Positions 13,671 through 26,219 of a DNA stretch of 64,000 nucleotides are shown one piece after another. The notes beneath the pieces are model-generated. The model worked only from the letters and a program-made list of their open reading frames with translations. It was not told the origin of the DNA and did not search any database. Each line of letters begins with the position of its first letter. The first letter of the stretch is position 1. The stretch is taken from NCBI RefSeq assembly GCF_006345805.1, contig NC_043000.1, forward strand, positions 143,096,001 to 143,160,000. Reading direction: 5' to 3'. A program made the position numbers and the translations under genes. This stretch comes from Octopus sinensis (Eukaryota).

Positions 13671-13756
13671 ATTTGAGTTTTGACACAAGATTTGACCTTT
13701 TGAAATTGATGGGAGACAATTTATTCAATGACCTTAGGATATTTGTCTATTGCAAG
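13671..13756 (+). CDS. Candidate exon (DLSFDTRFDLLKLMGDNLFNDLRIFVYCK)
   Basis: Open frame, donor AAG|gtaacc, weak acceptor; phase 1 to 0. Confidence 0.35.
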
Positions 13757-14008
13757 GTAACCTTAACCTGTAATGCCTGGAAACAAATCTCTAGATTGGC
13801 AAAGTGAGGGTAAGTAAAATCAAACGTCTTACTCTGCACTGAAACATTATGAATCATATGTTAAGAGATATTCACTGAGAAACCATACTCTTGATAATCT
13901 GATACATTATCAACTTGAAAGTCTCCATCACTACTACCTGCTCAATAGAAATCCTCTCTTTCCTTACTATCCCTTTCTATTCTTTTTTTTTTTTCCCCCA
14001 CCATTAAG

Positions 14009-14078
14009 CTATCTTGTTACCTTTTCAATGTCAATAAGCATCTCAAAGGCTTTCAAAACTTAGTAAATAAATATGCTG
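14009..14078 (+). CDS. Candidate exon (LSCYLFNVNKHLKGFQNLVNKYA)
   Basis: Long polypyrimidine tract plus taag acceptor, donor CTG|gtgagt, 70 nt, phase 0 to 1. Confidence 0.5.
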
Positions 14079-14961
14079 GTGAGTGTTTTGTAAATGACAA
14101 GCATTTCAATTCAGAAGTAGGGGCGAGTGAGTTTCCATACAATTTTTCATATGGAATTGTATGAATGCATTTCAGAAATCTGGTAGGTAAATTATTTCAT
14201 CTCATATATGTATTCAGATGCAATAATACCTGTGTACATAAATGCACATACACACACACAGTTATAAGAGACTCACTCGCATAGGCATACATGCACACAC
14301 ACAGAGTTATAAGAGACTTACTCGCATAGGCACACATGCACATTTCATTACGTATACATTTAAATGCCCATTAAACATAAACGCATACACAGACTTATTA
14401 ATTTTTGCACATACATACAACATTCTGTCAAGTACAAGTAACTCTTTCAGATTTTCTCTCTCTCTTTCACTTTCACTTTCTGATAAGCACACAACTAGAT
14501 CAGTGCTAAATAAATGTACATACTTTGATATTCAAAAGAAATTGTATTTTTAAAAAGTGTATACCCATACGAAGATATAAAAGGACAGAGTACGTGAGTA
14601 CGTGTGTGTGTGTGTGCATGCGTGCATATGTATGTGTGCTTGTGTCTATACGTGTGCATGTGTATATGTATATCGTTCACTGAATGGGAAAATCAAGTAT
14701 CCATTTACAACAAAGTGGAAATGTGCTGGAGTTAAACTTGGGCATAACTAGAATCAGATGCATATGCCAAAGGGAAAAGCTATGCTGGTATGGTCATGTG
14801 ATGTGCATGAATGAGATCAGCTGCATAAAAAAAAAACTAATTGATAGATGTTGATGGAATCTGTGAAAGGGAAAACCATGGAGAGGTGAAACAAAGTAGA
14901 AGAAATTGTTCTAAGGACGTTCAGTTTTATGACGAAGAACAAGATTTGCAATCAACAGTGT

Positions 14962-15179
14962 AGTGTTTAAACTGGCCATATCCGGCCGAAGTTTTCTACC
15001 AATGTTATGTTTAAACTGACCAGATCAGGGCTCTCACACCTAATCTACATTGACATTCTAAAAATGAACAATCACGTCATTGAATCCTCAAAGCTATAAG
15101 ATAATGCATGATTAATTAAAAATAATTTAAGTAAAAAAATATTACATTTAACAGAGTAATCTGAACACTAAAGGGTTAA
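14962..15179 (+). mobile_element. piggyBac-type MITE family P2 (left end degenerate)
   Basis: Ends ACACTAAAGGG-TTAA; homologous to 18934-19158 and 42919-43146. Confidence 0.75.
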
Positions 15180-17014
15180 GAAGATCTGTCCATCTCAATG
15201 AAAGAAAGAAACGAGATTTTAAAAGCTTATCATTTGCCTCAATACCAAATCTGTCCTTGACAAACCATCCCCAGAACTCATCTTTCTAAAACCCATTCCA
15301 CCATCACCCTTCTGACTACAACACTATTAACTCAGATGCTGTGATTCTATGAGTGTATAATTGTATATATTTCATCCCCTCATTTGTACTATCAGTTACC
15401 CACCTTCTTTGAACATACTCTTTTCATTAGCCATATTGCATTCTAAATATTATCCCTTACCACTTTATTTTCTACTAAATGCTCCTTTTCCCCTGATCAC
15501 CCTCTTGTATTTGATAGTGACATTTCCACCACAGCCTTTATCACACAGCTTCATTCACCCATGACTAGGTGAAAGAGGAAACCGTTTTCTAATTATAAAT
15601 GTTTTGATATTTTAATTCATATAGAATATTTCCCTTTGCTTTTTTAAAATACCTTTTATGATAACAATCTTTAATCTTACGACTTTTTGCTTTTTATTGT
15701 TGTTTTTATTTAAATGAAGTTTTATTATATAGGTAACAAACAAAATTTTACTTTCTTTTTATCAATTTAACACAAATTTGATAAACCTTTTATTTTTATG
15801 AAAATAATATTTTTGAAGAGAACAATTATATAAATTTATCAAAGCTCATTTGCAGATGATAAGAAAATTACCATTGATATTTTGAATATCAAAAACCCAT
15901 TTTGGTTAATAGTTTTTGTTGATTTTAAATTTTTTTTGTTTTTTAGTTCAAAGAAAAACTTTTGGGAAATTTGGAGGAAAATTCAAGAATTAAAAAGATA
16001 GTAGAGATAGCTTCTTTTCTGGGAAAGTTAAGAGATATTTTAGTTAGGTTGAGAGCTAACAGAGGGAATAAATTAGCCTACACATGGTAGTTTAAAATAT
16101 GTGCATAAAATCTTTATTAAACAATCTTCTGAATCAATAATGTCTTGATGTTAATTAGCTTAAATTTTAAGTATATCTCTTACTGAGGACACTGCTGATC
16201 CTGTTTGAGGCAGGGGGTCTGATTACAATAACCAAAATTTACAAGACCATGTTCTGATAACTGTTCATCAAATTTTGTCTTACAGTTACAGGTTGAAATA
16301 CATTGTTGACAACTCTGTTATAAAACTTATGAACATCAAGCATTTCTAGATTAAAATTTTTGCATTAAAATATAAATACTAGATTCTTTGTGTCCATAGA
16401 GCTCCAAAAGGGCAATTTTTTTCTGTTGGCTAACAAATTTTGTTCTATTTTTAGTATTAAGATGTCATATCCCGTGAGGGTGTCAATGATATGAATCCAG
16501 AAAAGAGAAAGTAACAAAACACAAAATTGTTCCCTGTAAATAATGAATTTTAAAAGAATTATATTTAAACTTATTCTAAGGATTTAATGCCCTTTAGATA
16601 TATTGATTCTCCACTAAAATATTATTTTCTGTTTAAACAATTTCTTTTTTATTTTGCATGAAAAGAGAATGATTATTTATTCCAGTATAATTAATTATCC
16701 AAAATTAGAAGTAACTAAAAAAAATATCCCCCCAAAATATGAAAGTATATCAAAATTTGATAAATTAATGGAATTAGATATAATGAAATTTATTATTACC
16801 ACATTTATTATATGAAAAACTATTTATTTTTATTTAAATGATTTTAAAAATGATAATTTCATTTGAATATGAAGGGAACAAAAATATCTCCAAAATGTTC
16901 TAAAAAAAACTAGTAAAAATTTTTATTAAAATTGCTTTTAGCTTTGGTAACTTGTTGGTATAATTGTTTACTGTTATCCCTCTGGTTTTTTTTATTACCC
17001 TCCACCAGACCATC

Positions 17015-17537
17015 ATGAGTGGATATGGCAAAGGCACAAAGGATTAAGTGAGGGAGACACCAATTACCATTACAAGATTCTCTATGGTAATATCTGTGAC
17101 ATCACTAAAATGGCCATCAGATGGTTAGTTTGTTATGGTGACATCATGATCATGATAGTGTGATGAACAGCACAGCTCCCATGACTTTTGGAAACATTTT
17201 TTCACGCTAAGAGTTACTGAAGCATGGAACAAACTGCCAGCATCAGTTGTTGGTTGTCGGAGTACTGCATCCTTCAAAACTTCCATGCTTTCTGAGATTC
17301 GCCAATACTACACTTGATTTTCTCCCCTCCATACACACGCAGGCATGTATCTGACTCATACACTGTTCACTTTCCAGACATTTGTACATTACTGCATATG
17401 CTTTATATGCACTTTTGACAAGTTGTAGTGCACCTGAGCACTGCATACAATAATTTCATTATTATTATTATTATTATTATTTAAATGAGGAGATTCATGG
17501 TGTGCTCAAGGTATTTCTTGAGATTGTGGATGTGATC
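17015..17537 (+). pseudogene. H4: Histone H4 pseudogene, interrupted by a LINE 3' fragment
   Basis: 17015-17146 reads MSGYGKG-KGLSEGDTNYHYKILYGNICDITKMAIRWLVCYGDI (1-nt frameshift) vs H4 [44 protein letters not shown]; 17484-17528 reads NEEIHGVLKVFLEIV vs YEETRGVLKVFLENV; C-terminus not found. Confidence 0.93.
17165..17480 (+). mobile_element. CR1/L2-type LINE 3' end inside the H4 pseudogene
   Basis: FFTLRVTEAWNKLPASVVGCRSTASFK, 3' UTR near-identical to the 3807-4235 copy, (ATT)n tail. Confidence 0.85.
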
Positions 17538-18043
17538 AGACCTCATTTTACCTCATATTGGTCAACTCTTATTTGCAGTACTGTTATTTGACAGGTGTCA
17601 TTCAATTCATCTACTGTTTCTATATTCTTTTTTTTGGATCAGGTTCATACTTTTATATTTTTACGTTTTGACCATAACAACTGCAGCATGAACAATACAA
17701 GTAATCCACTCAGAAACACACAAAGACTCTTAACTTCACTTAAACATTTATTGTCTGGTATGTAGTGCCCCAAAACTTTTGTCACTTGAAACAGCTGCCT
17801 GGTCATTGACAAACATGTGTTGCACCTCCCACATTTGTTAGTGACCAGGTCATAGTTTTGAGTGAATAAAGTTTTGGTACCATATAATAAACAATAAATG
17901 CTTAAGTGGAGTTAACGATCTTTGTGTGTTTCTGAATGGTTAACTTGTCTCTTTCTCACTTGAAATCATTTCATTTTCAACAAATGATTTCAAACCAAAA
18001 TACATGCCATGCCAGTACATCTCTGTAAATTTTTCTACTATAG

Positions 18044-18165
18044 TTGAAACTATTGGAAAAGAATTCTATTGAAAAAGAATTAATAAATGTATTCGTGCTA
18101 GCGCGGAAAACGGACGTTAAACCATGCTTTTGTAATTTGGTTTTCCAGTCTTCACAGAAACACAC
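18044..18165 (+). CDS. Weak candidate exon (LKLLEKNSIEKELINVFVLARKTDVKPCFCNLVFQSSQKH)
   Basis: ttttctactatag acceptor, CAC|gtaaga donor; contains a SINE C-like 25-mer; no phase link found to the 14078 exon. Confidence 0.2.
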
Positions 18166-18933
18166 GTAAGAATACTTTAAGTATGAACAATTTCATAACA
18201 AACATTCCTGCCTTGTTTTCTTCTACACATAATCTGTGATCTATAGAACTAAGGTGACCAATAGTAACAAAATTTAACTAAATGACATGAATTTTCATCC
18301 TACATTTCTCATTCAGAATATAAAGGAACATAAGGTAGATTGAATACTAGTTATTTGTCATGCATCTTGATTCACACTACATGTATATATGTGATTGTGT
18401 GTGTGTGTGTTTGTTAGTGTATTAGTGTGTTAGCACAGATAATTTTGATAGGTTATAAATTCTTGAAATAAATTGTGATGTATTTAAAAATTAAAATTTA
18501 TTAAAAAAAAAATTAAATGCAAAATTGTTCAAAATACGCATAATGATATTTCCTAAAATGACTGATATTCAGTTGAGAAGTATATGAGATTTCTTTTGCA
18601 GTTATTGGAAGAATGAATACATTCAAGACAACAGGAATGGTATCAGGCTATAGAAAATCTGCTGTTACAAATTCCATCTGACCAATACAAGTTTGCACAA
18701 GTGGACAGTGAAATGATGTTGATGATGAGGTTGGTGATATATATATGCATACAGCTGTGTACCTAGGATTCTATGAATAGGGATTCACAGATGTGTGCAG
18801 ATATTGTCAGATCAGAGAACCCTTTAGTTCCATCTTGTTGAGAACAAATTCTCTACTGCTAATGTCAAGATAAAATGTATTCTGTGCTCTCTGTAAACTG
18901 GTTTGTGTTACAAAAGGCATCCAACCATAGACA

Positions 18934-19158
18934 TTAACCCTTTATTCTTCAGATTACTCTGTTAAATGTAATATTTTTTCCCTCAAATTGTTTTTAATTA
19001 ATCCTGCATTATCTTATAGCTTTTGAGGTTTCAATGATGTGATTGCTTATTTTTAGAATGTCAATGTAGATTAGGTGTGAGAGACCAGATATCACCACTT
19101 TGAATATAAAACAGAATATTTGGGCCAGATATGGCCGGTTTAAACACTAAAGGGTTAA
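18934..19158 (-). mobile_element. piggyBac-type MITE family P2
   Basis: TTAA-CCCTTTA...TAAAGGG-TTAA. Confidence 0.85.
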
Positions 19159-20017
19159 ATCAAATGATGGCAATTTTGATAGGTATGATCTCTTAACCAT
19201 GTTTAACATACATCAGAAGGGTAGTAACTCATTAGAAGAACTGACAGAGAAGTATGAATATATGTATATATGTATGCATAATGTCCTAGGTGTGACTTTA
19301 AACTATATCTAATAGCTGGGCCCTGATAAAGAAGTTCCAGATCTTTGAGGAGAGTGGAACCACCTCTTAGACACTATTAGTCCCAGGTCTATCCTGATCT
19401 GGGAATAATAGTGTCTAAGTTAGCTGGAGTAGTGGCACCTGTTAGGATCCCAACTATGAGTTAACTAGCGTGTGAACCACTGAGAGTGAAGGACATTTAG
19501 TTTTCATTAAGACTGCCTTCCTGAATAAGGTAAACTCATAGAAAAGACCTGAAGTGCAGTTGGTTTCTGGCTGTCTCAAAATTCTGTTGTACCACTGATT
19601 TCATAGTCAATTGTGCTGTGCAACACTTTATCCACCCAAATCAAATTCATGTTCAAGAACTTTGATTCTTAGAATATTTGCACAAACTTCCTGTGTTTCA
19701 AAAGTACTCTGTCACATGTTGACATCCACCATATGTGCAAGTATGTATACATGCATGTATTTATATATGTTTTTGTCAAATGATCAATATGAACTTGTAT
19801 TGAAACACTAATTTAAAGAAAGTTTCGCTTTTTTTTTTTTGCAGTATCACACTTCTTACCGAGAGAAAATAGATGGAAAAATAGTGCAGTATTATTTTTA
19901 GTAAGAAACTCTAAATCCACATAACCTTCAAGAATGCAATCTATTTAATCCTTCTCCTGAAAATAAACATAAGAATAAATTTACAAGTAAGAAATATTAA
20001 GCAAGAACAATAGTTAC

Positions 20018-20151
20018 TTGCATTCTGTAGAACATGTGCCAACACCTGCACTGATAAAGAAATGGGGTTAAAACCCACACAAAAGGATTGGTCGCCTTTT
20101 TCTTCTGTCAATAATCCAATGGTATTGACTTCTTTGTTAATGTCATTGGAT
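20018..20151 (-). CDS. Weak candidate exon (SNDINKEVNTIGLLTEEKGDQSFCVGFNPISLSVQVLAHVLQNA)
   Basis: Protein-like open frame within a 76-aa ORF, moderate AG/GT sites. Confidence 0.2.
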
Positions 20152-20284
20152 CTATAATCAGCTTGTTCCAATGTAAGGTAAAGGTGATGATGTATGCATG
20201 GATAACATTAAACATACACACACATGCACACACAAATATGCAAACATGCATGCACACAAATATGTATTGAAATATTTCCAGGTA

Positions 20285-20538
20285 TGTATATATATATCTT
20301 CTATATGTATATATACATATACATACATATATATGTTTATATATATATACACACACACATGTTTGTGTGCGTGTGTGTGTGTGTGTGTGCGTGCGTGGGT
20401 GTGTCTGTGTGAGTGCATGTTATGTGTTTTTTACCTTGTTAAGGTATCATGGGTAAGGTCATGATGGCACAACACCTTCAATTATATGTATATTTACATA
20501 CATGTATTTATATATATATATATATCTATATATATATA

Positions 20539-20603
<65 letters not shown>

Positions 20604-20641
20604 ATATATATAAATATGTGCGTGTGCATGAGTATATATAC

Positions 20642-20674
<33 letters not shown>

Positions 20675-20810
20675 TATATATATAATATATGTATATATAC
20701 ATATGATATGTGATATATATATTTATATATATGTATATATATATATATATTCATATTTATATATATATATATGTATATAGATACACACACATTGATATAT
20801 ATATGTTGCA
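20285..20810. repeat. Compound (TA)n/(TG)n/(CA)n microsatellite field
   Basis: Directly visible. Confidence 0.95.
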
Positions 20811-21273
20811 TGCATGTATTCTCATAGAATGTTTTGTGTGTGTATGTGTAGGGTCGTAAAGACTCATTCATATTCACATAAAATCTATCTTTGTGGTCTT
20901 AAGTTTTTAACTTCCTGCATAGAATCATTTGTGTGTGTGTGTGTGTGTCTGAGTGTATATATGTGTATATATGTATAAGTGCATTCGTGTATAAACACAC
21001 TAATATCTCATGTGCTCCATACTTGTACTATATAAAAACAATTGATATTTGTTATCAATGGAATTTCCATAATAAAAACAACTATTCAATGACTACCACT
21101 GCCACCACCACCACCACCACCACCACCACCATTAAAATCAACAACCACCACAATCCCCCACGACCACCACTACTACTACTCCTACTACTACTGCTGCTGC
21201 TGCTGCTACCACCGAAATGCCTGCCAATACTACTCTACCATCCCAATAATGTCAAACCCTAAAGTATGTGTGT

Positions 21274-21304
<31 letters not shown>

Positions 21305-22265
21305 GTTGTGGGTTTACTAAACTACTTATTGCTATTTAGATTGGCCATTAAGATATATATCTTCTGAAATCCTTATAACATAGAGAACTATTGTCAGGAA
21401 CAATTCATGTCTTCCAATGGAAGACTGAAAAAGAGAAAGAAAAGAAAATGGAAAGCTCACGAAATAATAGAAAAGACTACAAAAATGGAAATCAATCACT
21501 TGTGTTTTGTCAATAGCCAAGTCAATGGCTTCCCTTTTGACTAAAAATAAAAATAATAATAAAATAAAAATTCACCCCCCCCCCAAAAAAAATAAATATA
21601 TAATAAGGAAATAGAAAAATCAACAAGAAAAAGAGAAAACTTAGTTTATCTACAACTGAATAGGAACTTTCCTTGCTTCCTCTCCATCTCTCTGTCTTTC
21701 GTTTTCTTTTTTGTTTTGTGTCTATGCATTTGGTCTAAGTCCTCTGTTTTCTCTTCAATGACATGAGGGTGGAGATATATTATTGTTAGGAACGATCCCT
21801 CTGTTGAAATAGACAATCTCTTCACATAATACTTTGATGTTGCACATCTTGAAGGATGTTCATTAGTTAATAGATGGCGAAGGTGGTGGTGGTGGTGGTG
21901 GTGGTGTTGATGGTGGGATTGTTGATGTCAATGTTGATATTGAGCTTGATCTTAATATATTGTTTCTCTTTAGTATTGTCATTGTTGTTGGTGTTAATGC
22001 TAACATTGTTGTTGAATCTGTTGGTGGTGGTGTTATTGTCAGTTAGTTAGTGCTGGTATTTCAAGACAATTGTTCATTCTCTCACTGAAATTGTTGCATT
22101 TTTAAATTCGTTTCAATTTTTCCTAAATCTTTGTCACACCACTGTTTTGCCTGCTTGTCTGCCTGTCTGTCTACCTGCCCCACTCCTTTTCATTCCATCT
22201 CTCTGTGTATGGATTTATATATATATATATATATAGATATATATATGTATATATATATATATATA

Positions 22266-22784
22266 TATTATATTGAGGGTACTACTATTCATAGATACCA
22301 TACGCTAAGAGGGACCAATGTGGTCAAAGCTACTAAAATAAACAAAATTTTACCGAATGCAAAACTTCAAAGCAAGTCACTTAAAAAAAAGAATTTAGTT
22401 ACATGCATGTATGTATATATGTATGTATGTATGCCTCAGACAGATCTATGGCATTAAGTGGAAGGACCGCATCAGTGATCTTGAAATACTCAAAGGCTCT
22501 CGGTGTGAAAGTATAGAAGCTCTGGAGTGGTCATCTGGTGATATGTAACTAAATTCTTTTTTTAAGTGACTTGCTTTGAAGTTTTGCATTCGGTAAAATT
22601 TTGTTTATTTTAGTAGTTTTGACTGCATTGGTCCCTCTTAGCGTGTGGTATCTACAAATAGTAGTACCCTCAATATAATATAAATAAATATTTTCAAAGT
22701 GGAAAAATTTATGGATTTTTTCTCTTACGAGGTTTTTCACGCTAACTACTGATAATTTCTTATAAAGATTTTATCCTCAATTGT
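22266..22784. mobile_element. Fold-back element: ~135 bp inverted arms plus a unique right-hand tail
   Basis: 22266-22404 is the reverse complement of 22543-22680; same family at 57383-57649; TA-run flanks. Confidence 0.8.
22432..22542 (+). mobile_element. RTE/BovB-like RT fragment in the fold-back spacer
   Basis: CLRQIYGIKWKDRISDLEILKGSRCESIEAL resembles RTE CLR.I.GI.W.DR.....VL......SIE. Confidence 0.7.
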
Positions 22785-23045
22785 AAATATATATATAAAA
22801 CAATTTAATAAATAAAACATATGCATACATGCATACATATATGTACATACCTACTTCTATATGTATATATACATGCATATATGAGTACAGGACACCACAA
22901 ATAAACGTAGAACACAACGAGAAACGAAAACATATAACCAAACAAGGAAACGGACTTTTTTTAACAACGAAAAAACAGAGTACAAGACAAACAACACAAG
23001 GAATATTCCCCTTCTTCAGCTGCCCCTGTTTCAACTCAATGCATG

Positions 23046-23076
<31 letters not shown>

Positions 23077-23099
23077 GTATATATATCGTGGACTCTCCT

Positions 23100-23380
23100 G
23101 TCATTTAGATGACATATGAGGATTCAGAGATTTCTTGCTGAACAACAAGCACAGGTGATTTGTTTATAGTGATCAAATGTTTGAGTTCTCATGATGCTCA
23201 CTCCCTCCATCAAATTGATATTACCTGTACAGGTGCACACTGTGCCACATGTCAGATGATGAAATGATAGGAGAGCAGCATGAAATGAAGTGCTTTGCTC
23301 AAGAGCACAATGCAATGCCTGGTCTGGTAATGAAAACCATAATCTCACAATCATGAGTGTGGCATCCTAATCACTAAGCC
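23100..23380 (-). mobile_element. SINE family G (tRNA-derived)
   Basis: Reverse of GGCTTAGTGATTAGG...TTGTGCTCTTGAGCAAAGCACTTCATTTCA; relatives at 26770-26950 and 61745-61960. Confidence 0.7.
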
Positions 23381-23465
23381 ATATATATATGCATGTATGT
23401 ATGTATGTATGTATGTATGCATGTATGTATGTATGTATGTATGTATATATATGTGTATGTATAGA

Positions 23466-23514
<49 letters not shown>

Positions 23515-23515
23515 G

Positions 23516-23557
<42 letters not shown>

Positions 23558-23558
23558 G

Positions 23559-23589
<31 letters not shown>

Positions 23590-23695
23590 GTATATAGATA
23601 TATATATATAAGGTGGTGCTATTAAGTTAGACATGGCCTGGACCAATCTTTGGTCGAAACATATCTAAGTTTATATATATATATGATGATGATGA

Positions 23696-23732
<37 letters not shown>
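23380..23732. repeat. (ATGT)n/(TA)n microsatellite field
   Basis: Directly visible. Confidence 0.95.
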
Positions 23733-23733
<1 letters not shown>

Positions 23734-23760
23734 TACCAATTATATACTTTCTTTTTTTTT

Positions 23761-24153
23761 TTTACCTGTTTCAGTCATTTTGACTGCAGCCATGCTGGAG
23801 CACCGCCTTTAGTCGAGCAAATCAACTCCGCGACTTATTCTTTGTAAGCCCAGTACTTATTCTATCGGTCTCTTTTGCCGAACCGCTAAGTGACGGGGAC
23901 GTAAACACACCAGCATCGGTTGTCAAGCAATGCTAGGGGGACAAACACAGACATACAAACACACACATATATATATACATACATATATACGACAGGCTTC
24001 TTTCAGTTTCCGTCTACCAAATCCACTCACAAGGCATTGGTCGGCCCGGGGCTATAGCGGAAGACACTTGCCCAAGGTGCCACGCAGTGGGACTGAACCC
24101 GGAACCATGTGGTTGGTTAGCAAGCTACTTACCACACAGCCACTCCTGCGCCT
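23761..24153 (-). mobile_element. SINE family A, near-consensus
   Basis: Full-length and CpG-rich. Confidence 0.92.
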
Positions 24154-24674
24154 ATTTATTATTTATTATTATTTACTATTTATTATTATTTTGTACTTTA
24201 CTTAAATATTGGTATATGTTTTATTGTATATTTAATTTTTTTCTCTATGGCATGATTAAATGATATCATGGTAGTTCTTCTCTAATTTATATACATATAT
24301 TATATAATGGGAAATTTGATTTAGTATTACTAAATTATATTTTTCCCTGTAAGTTTGGAATAATATTCCCTAATATTAATATCATATAATGCATATATAT
24401 AAGTGAATGGACATACAAAAGAAGGCAACTCAATGTATTTATTTGGAGATACATGTGTTGATGAAAGCAGTTTGATTCAAATTCCTTGGTACTCCAAGTT
24501 TCAAATCATGATGCCAATCCTCAGCCATTGGAAATTTGAATAGCAGAGGAATAGCATCACACTTTGGAACTTGGAGTATCAAGAAATTTGAGTCAAACTG
24601 TTTTGATCCATATATATATATGTGTGTGTATGTCTGTATATATGTATGTGTGTGTGTGTATGAGTATGTGTGTG

Positions 24675-24707
<33 letters not shown>

Positions 24708-25047
24708 CTTTATGTATATTTATATATATATATATACTCACACACAGTGACAGACAGAGAGTCTGTTCTAGGTACGACCTTTTATTTCATCTGAGTATGA
24801 GGCTCCAGTTTGGGAGCTTAAGACAACTAGCGAGTGTGAGTTTACTTTTTACTCACAACTACTCTCAGTTTTGCTTTGGCTTTGGATGGGATTACATATC
24901 AGGTGCTTCAGTGGTGTGTCAAATACACAACAATGGTCATTCGGCTAAGGTTTACAGGATGCTAGGAAATGCTGTCCACAGACAGGTGCCACAAAGGACC
25001 TTTACTATATAAATATGTTCTGATTTCACCTGACTCAGTCACCTTAC

Positions 25048-25100
25048 CTGATGGTTAAAGAAGCCCAGTTCCTCAAGTGTAAACTGAAGAGAGCAGGGGA
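25048..25100 (-). CDS. Candidate short exon (…FTLEELGFFNHQ); alternative acceptor at 25083
   Basis: Poly-T tract plus ctag or ctcttcag acceptor; donor CAG|gtaagg. Confidence 0.3.
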
Positions 25101-26219
25101 CTAGCAGAATAAACAAAAAAAAAAAAAAATCCAACAGAAGACAATGGGAAATGTCTGTAATATTTTCTTCCCAGAAAATCATGAATCTTAGTTGCTGCTC
25201 CCAGTAGGAATGACACCTGAAGAAAATATCCACTGAGCCTGTAATTGAAGGTTTTAGTTTTTCAACTTGAGAATTATGCTATTGGTAAAATATGTAGTAA
25301 AATGAATGTATACAACTGACAGGATGGATGCAAATTTAGAAACATCCAGAGAGTGGGTAGAAATGTGGATAGGGACTTGTATAGAAATATGGATTGTTGT
25401 CTAAAATACATCTATTTGAAATAAAATTATGTAAAAAAATCAAAATCACTAGGAAATTCAAAAAAAAAAATAGTGTATTGTAGTTGTATAGCTGAAGTAA
25501 TGCAAGAAAAGTTGCAAAAAAAAAAAAGAAAATTTAAAGTAGAAGCAATTGTGTTTTGCGAAGTAGAGAATTAAAAGGATTAAAGTCAGTAGAACTGAGA
25601 AAGAACATCAAGAAACATGGAAGCATTTTTATCTGAAAGATCAAAAAGTGTTTTCCAAATTTAAGGGAGGGAGTGGATAATACAATGACAAAAAACTGTT
25701 ATCAGAATTCTAGTATTTTGAAAGCCTGATACATTTCAGTAAGGTAGCTTGACAACAAAAAAAAAAAACAAAAAAAAAAATGATTTACATCACAGCATCC
25801 AAGAGTTAGTAAAAGGTTAGAAAGTAAAAATTTCTATGTATGCCTACAAGAATTCAATGATTTCACTTTCTAATTTAGAGAAAATTTCTTCTAAAAAGAA
25901 TTAAAGAATTTCTTGCTGAAAACACATCTAATGTCTCCCTGAAGTGCAGTAAGAACTACATTTTGTATGAACTCAGAGACTCATACATTGTGATATAGCT
26001 CAGTGAACAATCAAGAGAACTGAATCCGATTCCTTCATATATAGCCAAATATTCTTGGACAGACAAGTGGAAAAGCTTTTATTCTTATGCATGTAAAGTT
26101 GCATTTTAAATTCCTTTCCCATTAACTTAATGTACAAGTACATATATATTCTGTTGTTTTCTACCAGAAGGCTATTATTGGGACCCATATATCTACACAC
26201 TGGAGGTTGCACACATTTA

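Noticed and set aside
15856-16001. Terminal exon with a TM-like stretch (…NPFWLIVFVDFKFFLFFSSKKNFWEIWRK…)
   Set aside because: The hydrophobic run comes from a poly-T tract and the composition is explained by AT richness.
20108-20877. Many YI/VC/HT-rich ORFs here and at 23.4, 31.4, 41.2, 45.2 and 63.6 kb
   Set aside because: Dinucleotide microsatellite read-through.
23930-24205. Recurrent ORF MLGGQTQT...RQASFSFRLPNPLTR (also 38677, 39806, 48218, 58518, 60008)
   Set aside because: Antisense translation of SINE A, not a gene family.
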